64,000 nucleotides of DNA, from the NCBI RefSeq assembly GCF_009914755.1, contig NC_060936.1. One strand, written 5' to 3'. This stretch comes from the human T2T-CHM13v2.0 reference genome, Homo sapiens. A program made the translations under genes and the position numbers. The notes under the pieces are model-generated. The model was not told where the DNA came from. It worked only from the letters and a program-made list of their open reading frames with translations, and made no database searches. How positions within the stretch are numbered: the first letter of the stretch is position 1; each line of letters begins with the position of its first letter. This document shows, piece after piece, positions 1 to 11,023 of this stretch.

Positions 1-195
1 GACTATAAAAACCCCACAAGTCACAGTGCTGGGATTTGAATACATATGTTTTGGTTCCTCTGTCTGTCCAAGAAACTCTCAGTTTTGATTCCTGTACTTT
101 GCTCTTAGTCATGCCTTAGGTAATATTGCTCCTCCCTCTCTTTTTGTCTCCCAATGTGTTCTGGACAGACTTTTCTCATAAGACCTGTAATACAG

Positions 196-558
196 TGATA
201 TTGTTTGGCTGTGTCCCCACTCAAATCTCATCTTGAATTGTAGCTCCCATAATTCCCACATGTTGTGGGAGAGACCTAGTGGGAGATAACTGAATCATGG
301 GGGCGGCTTCCCTCATACTGTTCTCATGGTAGTGAATAAGTCTCATGAGATCTGATGGTTTTATAAGGCGTTTCCCCTTTCACTTGGCTCTCTTTCTCTC
401 TTTCCTGCTGCCATGTAAGATACGCCTTTTGCCTTTCACCATGATTTTGAGGCCTCCTCAGCCATGTGGAACTGTGAATCCATTAAACCTCTTTTTTCTC
501 TATAAATTACCCAATCTTGGGTATGTCTTTATCAGCAGTATGAAAATGGATTAATACA
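196..558 (+). mobile_element. THE1B/THE1C-type MaLR solo LTR
   Basis: TGATAT..TTTGGCTGTGTCCCC start, ...TAATACA end, perfect 5-bp TSD TACAG (191-195 / 559-563). Confidence 0.92.
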
Positions 559-1004
559 TACAGTATTGCCTCTAAATTTGTTTCTATGTCTATCTTCCTG
601 TGCTAGGCAGAAATATTCATGAGAACGGTAGTTATTTGAAACTAAGTTTTGTGTCTACAGAACTTGGAATACAGAGACACTCTACATTCACTCAACCTTT
701 GCAGGGGGAACTCTCTATTTTTTTCTATACTCCCTAACTATGCCATTCTCTGTGTATATAAAAGTATTCCAGTGTGAGTCCTCTTGAGTACCCCCAAGGT
801 TGACAGTGACACATTTGAACAAGAAATACGGACATATTATAGAATTACATGTAGCACTAAGAATTCCTTCTCATTAACTAAAAGGCTCTGGTTTCATCTG
901 CAGGCCATGCAACATGGTGTCTGATGTTGTGCAATATTTTCCTCTCTCTGTTGCTTCTTAGGATTGAGTGAGAAGAAGCCTGTTTTTAAATAAATAAACA
1001 GCCA

Positions 1005-1225
1005 AGAATCTGAACAGGCTGGCTTCAAACCTGCTATGTAACAGCTTTGTGATGTCTGGCAAGTTACTATCCCCTTTGAATTATGGTTTTCTCCATGATA
1101 ATGAGAAGAGTAATATTAACACTCTGACAGGGAGGTTTTAATAATCCAATGAGATAATGTGAAGTGCTGAGCATATAGGCCACAGATAGTATATGCTCAA
1201 TTAGTGCAAAATATTATTACTATTA
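1005..1225 (+). mobile_element. MIR SINE
   Basis: ggcaagttact...atgagataatgtg..aagtgctgagcat..atgctcaa core and 3' motifs. Confidence 0.7.
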
Positions 1226-1599
1226 CCATCATCTTCATCCTCATCATCTCTTATCCCCTTGAACTGCTGTGGCCTAATCTCAGAGGCAAAGATTTTATCC
1301 TGCTCATCAATTACTCTCTGTTCTACAAATACATTCCACCACCAGGTTTCGAGTAATGATACACAATATTTTCATCCCAAATCTTTGGTTATTTGATCAT
1401 TTTTATGAGACCGAAGCTGAATTATTAAAACTGCTTTATATTTGAATATAAAATCTATGTATAAATATGCTTCAAACCTAGCCTATTCCAAAACTTTTTT
1501 CTTGGGTCATGTCATGTGGTTTCCCTGTAGAGTTGAAGCTGTGCAGTTTTGAGGATGACAAAGTGGACTCAATTGTAATTCTGCTTTGAGGTACCTGAC

Positions 1600-1774
1600 C
1601 TTCATTTGTGTGTGGCCCCAGAACCCCTGTGAATTCAGGCTCCTGGGGAGAAGAGCCATCAATCAGCCTGGGAGTAGATTCCTCCTCCTCTTCCTCTTCC
1701 TGGGCCTTCTCAGGCTGTGGGGGTGGAGTGAGGAGCTCTCTGTTCCCTGAAGGCATCACTGTGGCTATTTCAAT
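1600..1774 (-). CDS. EPYC: EPYC exon 3 (codons 56-114): acidic region with poly-Glu and candidate GAG-attachment serines
   Basis: Acceptor T16-cag|ATTGAAATAGCC at 1774; donor GAAG|gtcagg at 1600; 175 nt; translates IEIATVMPSGNRELLTPPPQPEKAQEEEEEEESTPRLIDGSSPQEPEFTGVLGPHTNE. Confidence 0.96.
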
Positions 1775-1777
1775 CTG

Positions 1778-1793
1778 AAAAAAAAAAAAAAAA
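1778..1793 (+). repeat. A16 mononucleotide run (T16 polypyrimidine tract of the exon 3 acceptor)
   Basis: Read directly from the sequence. Confidence 0.95.
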
Positions 1794-4700
1794 GAGAATT
1801 TCTTCAGGCCAACTTCTCAGTCACTCTGTGTGGCAGTGACACAAATTTAAAATGTACCCATATTTGCCACAAGAGGACACTCATGTTCTAAAGTTCAATA
1901 GTTTGACCATCCTGCTTGCTTGGAGGAACACACATGGTTCTAGTAACTGTTGTTTTTAATTAGTTTTGTTTCTCAAATCTTAGAAGTTGTTTCCAATGCC
2001 TTTTTTTTTTTGGTCTTCTTGTTCTTTAATATCGTATATGTTTGTTCATTTCATAGGTTTAAAAAAAAGCTCATTTATTGTTTTCTAATAATAAGTAGCA
2101 TTATAAGAATGCATCAATGTTGTGAAAGCTTCACATTAATTCAGAAGTGTACAGAGTAAATTCAAAACTCCCCTTTACCATCCAGCTCTCATTCTACTCC
2201 CCTTGAAGGTAATAACTGAGCAGAAATTGATACATATTATCTTGTCCTTTCAATCCTTGATTTCCTAGGTTCAAATATTCTGTTCCTTACCAATGACTTA
2301 TACTGTCTCTAATGGCATTTTACTGAAAAGTATCCTTTATACTAAAATAAAATATATAGTGACATAAAAACTATGATTTGATTGTGATATGCCATTTCTC
2401 ATGTGTTTTCAATATTATTAAAATAACAAATATTGTAATGATATCTAGGTATGTTAAAATGGACTTCTTTGAGAACGTTGACACTAGGAGGCAGTTATAA
2501 AATTACAAAATTATTCAAAGGTTTTTTTTTATATTATATTTTAGATTACAACTGCTTTGCTCTTATCTAACTTGTACATTTTAAGTAATAGAATCATTGC
2601 TTTTAAGAATACTGTTTGGATTTAGGAGAAATCTTCTCTTTCAGATTTCTTCCCTTGTCTGAATGTCTATTTCTTTGTGGTACTTAGTAAATGTCTACTT
2701 CTCTGACGGTCTCGTAAGCTTGGGCTGAAAATTTGCTCCAGGCAATTGGGATGGCGACATCCAGGACCCACTTTTTGTGGCCCAGTGTCCTTGTGGTATC
2801 CCCAGAAATCCCAGACTTTCCCTTAACCACACCAATATGGCCTTTTGCTTTTTTCCACCCTTCTTTATTTGCTTTCATTAAGAAAGTAAAGAAACACATA
2901 AATTATTTCTGGATTACTTAATACCAAGTGATCTGCAAACTATTCCTTTCATCTATAACACAGGTATATTTTCAGACCAGGTATTTTCTAGGTGTTTGAG
3001 TAACCAAAAAATTTTAGGAATACACTTATGATTTAATATCACTTATAATAGATTTAAAAGCATTGCAAATCACAAATGAAAATTATTCTTTTTAAGGAAC
3101 ACTAAACTTTCTTTTATCAGTTTATATTTCTGAATTGTGCATCCTTCTGTGCTTCCATAGAGTCTCTCTATTTCAGCCTTTTCTGTGCTGTATTACATTG
3201 GTTCCATTTGTTTTCTGCATTTCCAAGCCTGCTGGATGGTAAAGTATGTCATGTCTTTTATCTGTGTACCTCTAGGCTGTAAGCATAATAGGCAATCAGC
3301 AAGTACTTATTGAAGTATAATTTTTTCCAACTTTGCTTGTCCAAAATATATCTAAGTCACAGCTCTATGTTTAGAGATTTTCTGAGACAAATCAGTGAAT
3401 GTGCTAATACTTACTTTAAATTATTTAAAGCATGAAATCAAAACAAAAACAGATTATACTGTCTTTGATACTTTAGGAGCAATACATGAAGATACAATAA
3501 AGCTTGACCAGAAAGCTCCAGCTGAGAAGTTTGGGCACATTTTCTTAAACAGAAAGACATACGGTTTCCATCTGTAGGTCAGAATGAGGCAGATTCAGAA
3601 GGAATGGATTTGTAGAGAGACCAAAGGAGGCTCCAGGAAGAGCGGAAATTGAGACAGATGTTTCATGGAATGGAGGCAGCCTAAAGGGAGAAACAAATTC
3701 CAGACACGTTGCCTTGAATCTTAGCTTTATAAGAAAAATGTTTGCACATACTTTTTACAGATAATTGTTTTTCCACTGATTTGATGTGAAGCTGTAAGAT
3801 CTCACTTGTCATCCAATATAATGAGGCAAAACAGCTTTTTGTGTTTATCAAAAATTGTTTTGTTCATGCTTCCTTGCAAATAAAACATAAATGCAATACA
3901 ACTTTGAAAACCAAGAAAAAGGAATGCCTTTTCACATCAGCAAAATTGAAGAACCTCAAAATACTATGCCTGGAGAGACTTTTGTTTTGTAGACACATTT
4001 ATTTTCACCATTAAATAGAAGAGATTTAGGCATTTTTTCCCCTCTTCAACCATCTTCGTACTGTGATATGAAGTTATGAGGCAATGCACACATGCACAAA
4101 AAATAGTCCAGGGAAACAAGACCACCTGGCCTTCTGTGTGGCAGACTTGTATGCTTATGTTGCAGAAAACTAAATTTGAACGTAAACACAAATGACCAGA
4201 AAAAAATCCCTGTCTTTTTTCTCAAGCTACAATTGGTAATACTTGAATGTAAACATAATTGAGCCTCTTCTACAAATATTCATAAATTCTTTCAGCTTTA
4301 TGCTCTATTCTTTTTTATTTGACTGCTTGTTTTACTCTGACTTGCTTCTTCCTGAATTAACTTTTAAATCTGTTCATTATATTTCCCTAAAGTTTAAAAA
4401 TATAATACAAATGGTCATTACTACGTATGACTTTGATTTCAGTCAAAGTCACTGCACTTGTGTGTCTTCTTAACATCGTACCAGCAGAGTACATCTTTGA
4501 GTTGACTGGTTTGCAGTAAGTTATCTATTTTTATTCTCTTCTGTACCTGGTCTTAGAACTGTAGATAACTTATATCATGGTAGCCTTTGCTTAGGGAGTA
4601 CATTCTGTGTCCATGAAACAGTATATCTATTCCAGAGATGACAAATGGATAGCTCACAGTGGCCTAGGCTGAGTGAGATATCAGCAGATGTCAGTATGAA

Positions 4701-5789
4701 GAGATAACTACCAAGAGAAGAAGTACTTAGGCCTGTGCCAGTCTCTGCACCCTGCACAGCCCTGACTCCATGTAAGCAACATATCACCTCAACCCAATCT
4801 CAGGGTAAAAGCGGTTGAAGTGACCCTGAAGTGTCTCAGACTAAGTTTCTGCTCCCTGGAGAAATAAAGACTCTCTGCAGAAAATCATCCAATTACATTT
4901 ATTGTATCAGATTGAACTGGGACTTTTACTAGCAATATTTGTGTTATTATTAAAAATATGACAAAAGATTTAAAACTTTTATTTTCTGATAATCACCATT
5001 GTTGTCCACAGAAAATTATCTCTGTAAAAACACTCAGAACCATTTTAAGTGACAATAAGATTTGGTTTACAATAATTTTGATGAAATTCATTTGCCCCTT
5101 AGCAGAAAGTGCATTTAAATGATCTATATAATTATATTGCTGCCACTAAGCCTACTTTTTTGTCTTAATTTCAGGGTAAAAATATGAAAAACTGGTGTGT
5201 TCAGAAACAGCAATCACACATCTTCCTGATTGCTTCATTATCCACTGAGTCCTTTTAGTACATATTTCTTGTTGAACATGTTAATTATACCTGTTTATGA
5301 GGATCATAAACCATTTTCTGCCATTCAACATTGTGTTTGAATTAATAAAACTCTTTTTTTAATATTTTAATTTTAGTTAATCTACAGCTAAGTTTCTAAT
5401 AAGGAAATCAATGATAATGTAATATATATGTTATGGAAAAAAATGCTGTTAAGAAATTCAAATAAACCAGATTCGATTCCTACCTTTATGAATGAATAAA
5501 AGGATCACCAGGTGAATGTGTGAATTTGTAAATGATGGAAGGTTTGCCAGTCTTTATAATTATCTAAAATGTCTATGTCAAACATTATGCTTAAGTTATG
5601 ATCAAGTCTTCATTTTATTTGTCAATGTTGTTTTCTAAACATCTATCAATATCATTACTTTCGCTCCCTATCTGCCATCATCACCATTATCTAAATTACT
5701 ATCCTCTCTTAGCTGGAATACAGCAATAGACTACTGATATAAAGTTAGGATGTCCTCTAGTGTAGATGTAGTAAGAATGGAATCTTTTA

Positions 5790-6715
5790 AAAACAGCTTT
5801 ATGGAGATGTAATTCATATATTATACAGTTCATCTTTTAAAGTATACAGTCCAATGTTTTTTAGTATGTTGACAGTTACGCAACTATCACCCAATTTTAT
5901 AGCATTTTCATCACCCAAGAAAAAAACTCTACAACCATTAACAGCCATTTCCAACTTCTCTCTTCTCATCCTCTCTCCTTCCCCTCTCCAACCTCCTGGC
6001 CCCAGGCAATCACTTACCAACTTTTTGTGGTTGTACTTTTGCCTAATATTTGTATTAGGCAAATAATTTCTGTATTTGCCTATTCTGGACTATTCTTTTC
6101 TCTCCTCTTTAACTGTAATTATGTATCTTTCAACCTACATTTCCCCATTTCCCTCTTCTGCCTAACTACCTAAGCCTCTGGTAACCATCATTCCACTCTG
6201 TCCTATGCAGTTAACTATTTTAGATTCCACATACACTGAGATCATATGGTATTTATCTTTCTATGCCTGGCTTATTTCACCTAACATAATACTCTCCAAG
6301 TTCATCCATGCTATCTCAAATGACAGGAGTTCATTCTTTTTTGTGTCTGAATAGTATTCCATTGTGTGTATATACCACATTGTATTTATCCATCCATCCA
6401 TTGATGGACACCTAGGTTGATTCTTTGTCTTGGCCTTTGTGAATAGTGCTGCAATAAACATGAGAGTACAGATATATCTTTAACATACTGATACATTTCT
6501 TTTGAATATATACCCAGTAGTGGGCTTGCTGGATCTTATGGTAGTTCTATTTGTAATTTTTTAAGGAAACTTCACATTGTTTTTCATAGTGATTGTACTG
6601 ATTTACATTCCCAACAAAGTATGCAAGGGTTCCCTTTTCTCCACAAACTCACCAACACTTACATTTTATCTTTTAGTAGCCATGTAGTCAATGTGAGGTA
6701 TGCATTTGTCATCTC
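5790..6715 (-). mobile_element. Old L1 3' fragments (L1MB-like 5790-6090, L1MA-like 6100-6715)
   Basis: L1 ORF2 C-terminal peptide MFIAALFTKAK..QPRCPS..WYIHTMEYYS and typical L1M 3'UTR. Confidence 0.85.
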
Positions 6716-7887
6716 CAGAATAGAGATACTGTTTCATGGACACAAAATATACTCCCTAAGCAAAGGCTACCATGAGATAAGTTATCTACAGTTGTAACTA
6801 CTAACAGTTCTAATATCACCAAGCGGTGAGTACCATTGGACCCCTTTAGCTTGCTATTCTGTCCTATTTTTCCTTAGAATTCAGAGGCTAAACACCGGGC
6901 ACCTGTTGGCCAGTTAAAAGCAACTAGTGCGGCTGCCAGACTAAAGACATGGGTGTCAGGCTTTCTGGGAAAGGGCTCTTTAACAACCCTGACTCTTCGG
7001 AGTTGAGAGCGTTGGTTTGCTTGAAACCAGCTTCTGCTTTTCTTATACTTCCGGGCTGAGCTGAGGGTTGACAGAGAGGAAAGCCATTCAGCTCCGGGGT
7101 CCCAACAAAAAGTTGGTTGACCCTGCAGCCATGCGAGGAACTCTCAAAGTCACATCGCCCAAGTGAGACTCGCCCATCTATTCTATCTATCCTGACCCTT
7201 GACTCCTGGGTACTAATGCCTGTCAGACAAACTTCCTCCCACATCTCTTCTCTGAGGCTAGTCCTGCTTCTAAAAACCACTCCATCTCTGGTGCTTTTCT
7301 ATTTTTTCCTATAAGAATGATTTCTAGCATAAATTTTGGGACTCTGTTCCTTTCTTTAGGCACCCAGGCTCACCAATCAGAAAAACATAATTTTTGCCCA
7401 AAGCCCCATTGGAGGGGGTTACTATCTGGAATTTTAGGATCCCTCCTCAGACAAGCAGGCCTAACAAAAGCTATTCCTAAAGCTAGGATATGGGGAGCCT
7501 CAGAAATGATATCCTTCCTATTCATATGATGAGAAGTGAGGACAAAAGGCATCACTCTTCCAACCCTGGAGATCCCATCCCTCCCTCAGGGTATGGCCCT
7601 CCACTTCATTTTTGGGGCATAACATCTTTATAGGACAGGGGTAAGGTCCCAATACTAACAGGAAAACGCTTAGGACTCTAACAGATTTTTGAGAATGCAT
7701 TGGTAAGGACCACTAAATCTGACCTTCCTTGGTCCTCTTTGTGGTCTAAGAGGAAAACTGGTGTTTCTGCTGCTGCATTGGTGAGTGCAACTATTCCGAT
7801 CAGCAGGGTCCAGGGACCATTGTGTGTTCTTGGGTTGGTGGTGGGGGGAACAAACAAACCAAAACCACAGGCGGTCTTTTCTTTCAA

Positions 7888-9307
7888 ATGGGAAACATTC
7901 AGGCATCAACAGGCTCACCCTTAAAATGCATCCTAAGCCATTGAGACCAATTTGACCCACAAACTCTGAAAAAGATGTGGCTCATTTTTTTTCTGCACTA
8001 TGGCCTGGCCCCAATATTCTCTCTGTGATGGGGAAAAATGGCCACCTGAGGGAAGTATAAATTATAATACTATCCTGCAGCTTGATCTTTTCTGTAAGAG
8101 GGAAGGCAAATGGAGTGAAATATCTTATGTTCAAGCTTTCTTTTCACTGAAGGAGAATCCACAACTATGCAAAGCTTGCAATTTACATCTCACAGGAGGA
8201 CCTCTCAGCTTACCTCCGTATCCTAACCTTCCTACAGCTCCCCTTCATATTAATAAGCCTCCTCTAATCTCCTCCACCCAGAAGGAAACAAGCAAAGAAA
8301 TCTCCAGGGGACCACAAAAACCCCCGGGCTATCGGTTATGTTCCCTTCAAGCTGTAGGGGGAGGGGAATTTGGCCCAACCCAGGTACATGTTCCCCTCTC
8401 CCTCTCTGATTTAAAGCAGATCAAAGTAGACCTAGGGAAGTGTTCAGATGATCCTGATAGGTATATAGATGTCCTACGGGGTCTAGGGCAAACCTTCAAC
8501 CTCACTTGGAGAGAAGTCATGCTATTGTTAGATCAAACCCTGGCTTTTAATGAAAAGAATGTGGCTTTAGCTGCAGCCTGAGAGTTTGGAGATACCTGGA
8601 AAGGGACAAATTCCTTACTGGTCAGCAAGCTGTCCCCAGTATGGATCCCCACTGGGACCTCGACCCAGATCATGGGGACTGGAGTCATAAACATCTGCTG
8701 ACCTGTGTTCTAAAAAGACTAAGGAGAATTAGGAAAAAGCACATGAATTATTCAATGATGTCCACCATAACTCAGGGAAAGGAAGAAAATCCTTCTGCCT
8801 TCCTCAAGTGACTATGGGAGGCCTTAAGAAAATATACTCCCCTGTCATCCAACTCCCTCAAAAGTCAACTGATCCTGAAAGATAAGTTTATTACCCAATC
8901 AGCCACAGATATGAGGAGAAAGCTCCAAAAGCGAGCCCTGGGCCCAGAACAAAATCTGGAGGCATTATTAAACCTGGCAACCTTGGTGTTCTATAATAGG
9001 GACCAAGAGGAACAGGCTGAAAAGGAAAAGCGATATCAGAGAAAAGCCACAGCCTTAGTCATGGCTCTCAGACAAACAAACCTTGGTGGTTCAGAGGACA
9101 GAAAATGGAGCAGGCCAATCACCCAGTAGGGCTTGTTATCTGTGTGATTTGCAAGGACACTTTACAAAAGATTGTCCAACGAGAAACAAGCTGCCCCCTT
9201 GCCCATGTCCATTATGCCAAGGCAATCACTGGAAGGTGCACTGCCCTAGAGGACAAAGGTTCTCTGGGCCAGAAGTCCCTAACTAGATGATCCAATGACA
9301 GGACTGA
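7888..9307 (+). pseudogene. Defective ERV9 gag (several stops and frameshifts)
   Basis: MGNIQASTGSPLKCILSH* start; [19 protein letters not shown]; capsid QGKEENPSAFL; zinc knuckles CYLCDLQGHFTKDC and CPLCQGNHWKVHC; terminal TGA-GGG at 9305. Confidence 0.9.
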
Positions 9308-10030
9308 GGGTGTCTGGGGCAAGCACCAGCTCATGTCATCACCCTCACTGAGCCCTGGGTAAGTTTAACCATTGAAGGCCAGGAAATTAACTTCCTCCTG
9401 GACACTGGTGTGGCTTTCTCAGTGTTAATCTCCTGTCCCACACAGCTGTCCTCAATGTCCATTACCATCTGAGGAATCCTGGGACAGCCTGTAACCAGGT
9501 ATTTCTCCCACCTCCTTATTTGTGATTGGCAGAATTTGCTCTTTTCACTTGCCTTTCTTGTTATGCCTGAAAGTCTCACACCCTTATTAGGGAGGGACAT
9601 ATTAGCCAAAGTTGGAGCTATTATCTATATGAATATGGGGAACAAGTTACCCATTTGTTGTCCCCTGCTTGAGGAAGGAATCAACCCTGAAGTCTGGGTA
9701 TTGGAAGGACAATTCAGAGGGGCAAAAAATGCCTGCCCAGTCCAAATCAGGCTAAAAGACCCCACCACTCTTCTTATCAAAGGCAATATCCCTTAAGGCC
9801 TGAAGCTCACAAAGGATTACAGGATATTGTTAGACATTTAAAAGCTCAAGGCTTAGTAAGAAAATGCAGCAGTCCCTGCAACACCCCAATTCTAGGAGTA
9901 CAAAAACCAAATGGTCAGTATAGACTAGTGCAAAATCTTAGACTCATCAATGAAACAGTAATTCCTCTATATCCAATTGTATCCAACCCCTATACTCTGC
10001 GCTCTCAAATACCAGAGGAAGCAGAATGGT
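9308..10030 (+). pseudogene. Defective ERV9 protease and N-terminal reverse transcriptase
   Basis: FLLDTG active site (GAC ACT GGT 9401-9409), PLLGRDIL, SPCNTPILGVQKPNGQ.RLVQ.LR. Confidence 0.9.
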
Positions 10031-10104
10031 AGGAAGCAGGATAGTTGTCCAGAAACATTGCAAACTTTCATTTGTCCTCTATGAACCCTATTTAATAACC
10101 ATAT

Positions 10105-10358
10105 AAACAAGCTGGGGCCAGCCTGTTGGAAGATGAGAGAGCACACGGTGGAGGGGAGGGGAAAGCCACTTCAGCTGAGGCCAAGCTAGTCCAGCCAGCA
10201 CTGTACCAACCTAGCATATACCTGAGTCAACCCAGTGCAAACCAGCAGCACATCGGAACCCATATATCTGAACTACAGGACTATGAGCTGAATAAATGGT
10301 TATTTTAAGTAACCAAAATTTGGGATTGCTTGTTACACAGCAAAAGCTAACTGATACA
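10105..10358 (+). mobile_element. MLT1-type MaLR LTR, 3' part
   Basis: AATAAATGGTTATTTTAAG...TGTTACACAGCAAAAGCTAACTGATACA terminus. Confidence 0.7.
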
Positions 10359-10602
10359 GTTTTTTATATTGTATCTGTGAGTATTTGATTAATCTCTCCC
10401 CATGGGGATAAATACTACATATTTCTTTTTTTTCCCCATTATACTCCCAGCTGCTACTCCAGTATGCCTAGCAATTATTAGGCCTCCTGAAAAATACAGT
10501 TGAATCAGTATGGGTAAATCATGGCAATTTTTGATACATTAAATGATTGTTTTGTGTATAAGAGTAAGAAAATATTATAAAATGGTTAAAGTTGCATGAG
10601 AG

Positions 10603-11023
10603 TGACAGAGCAGGAATATCACCATCTTGGACAAGCACTGTCATTTTAAAATTTACCTTGATCAAAAATGCCTAAATTCAAAGGGTATCAACCTAATGGC
10701 TAAGGTCAGCATAACCATAAACCACAATAACATCTCTGACCAGAAACATTCCAAACCCCTCCCCAACCACAGACATGCTAGCCCTGAGATAACCTCCCCT
10801 CCGCCCAGAGACATTCCAACCACACCATAAAATTTCCCCCACACAGAAACATTCCAAGCTTGTGATGGGCCCTGTCACCCTAAAACCAATATATACTCTT
10901 AGTCTGTAAGGGAGAATACTCCTGACCAAAATTGGCCAGAAGCCCCTCTCAGGTTTATTTCTCTAAAATAAACCTGTCTTTGATTGTTAGACCACATTTC
11001 ATGTGTCTTTCTTATTTATCTCA
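10603..11023 (+). mobile_element. ERV1-class solo LTR (MER67-like; subfamily uncertain)
   Basis: TGACAGAGCAGGA..CATCTTGGACAAGCAC start, TATA-like tatata, AATAAA at ~10967, ends ..TCTCA; ~420 bp. Confidence 0.7.

Larger units (their letters stand above)
6814..10030 (+). mobile_element. ERV9 (HERV9-int, LTR12 family) internal fragment: leader, gag, protease and 5' RT, without LTRs
   Basis: Leader CAAGCG|GTGAGTACCATTGGACCCCTTT; gag, pro and RT peptides of the ERV9/HERV-W group; ends at RT 'IPEEAEW'. Confidence 0.9.

Noticed and set aside
1478-1599. C-terminal extension of the 93-aa ORF (GQVPQSR...)
   Set aside because: Read-through into intron 3 beyond the splice donor.
2684-2921. Overlapping 71-aa and 62-aa ORFs in the GC-richer island
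   Set aside because: No recognisable protein similarity or convincing splice sites; the lengths are expected by chance.
8000-8581. 193-aa ORF, the longest in the window
   Set aside because: It is a fragment of ERV9 gag, cut off from its real ATG by a stop and frameshift and ended by a CpG-type TGA; there is no LTR promoter, so a domesticated gene is unlikely.
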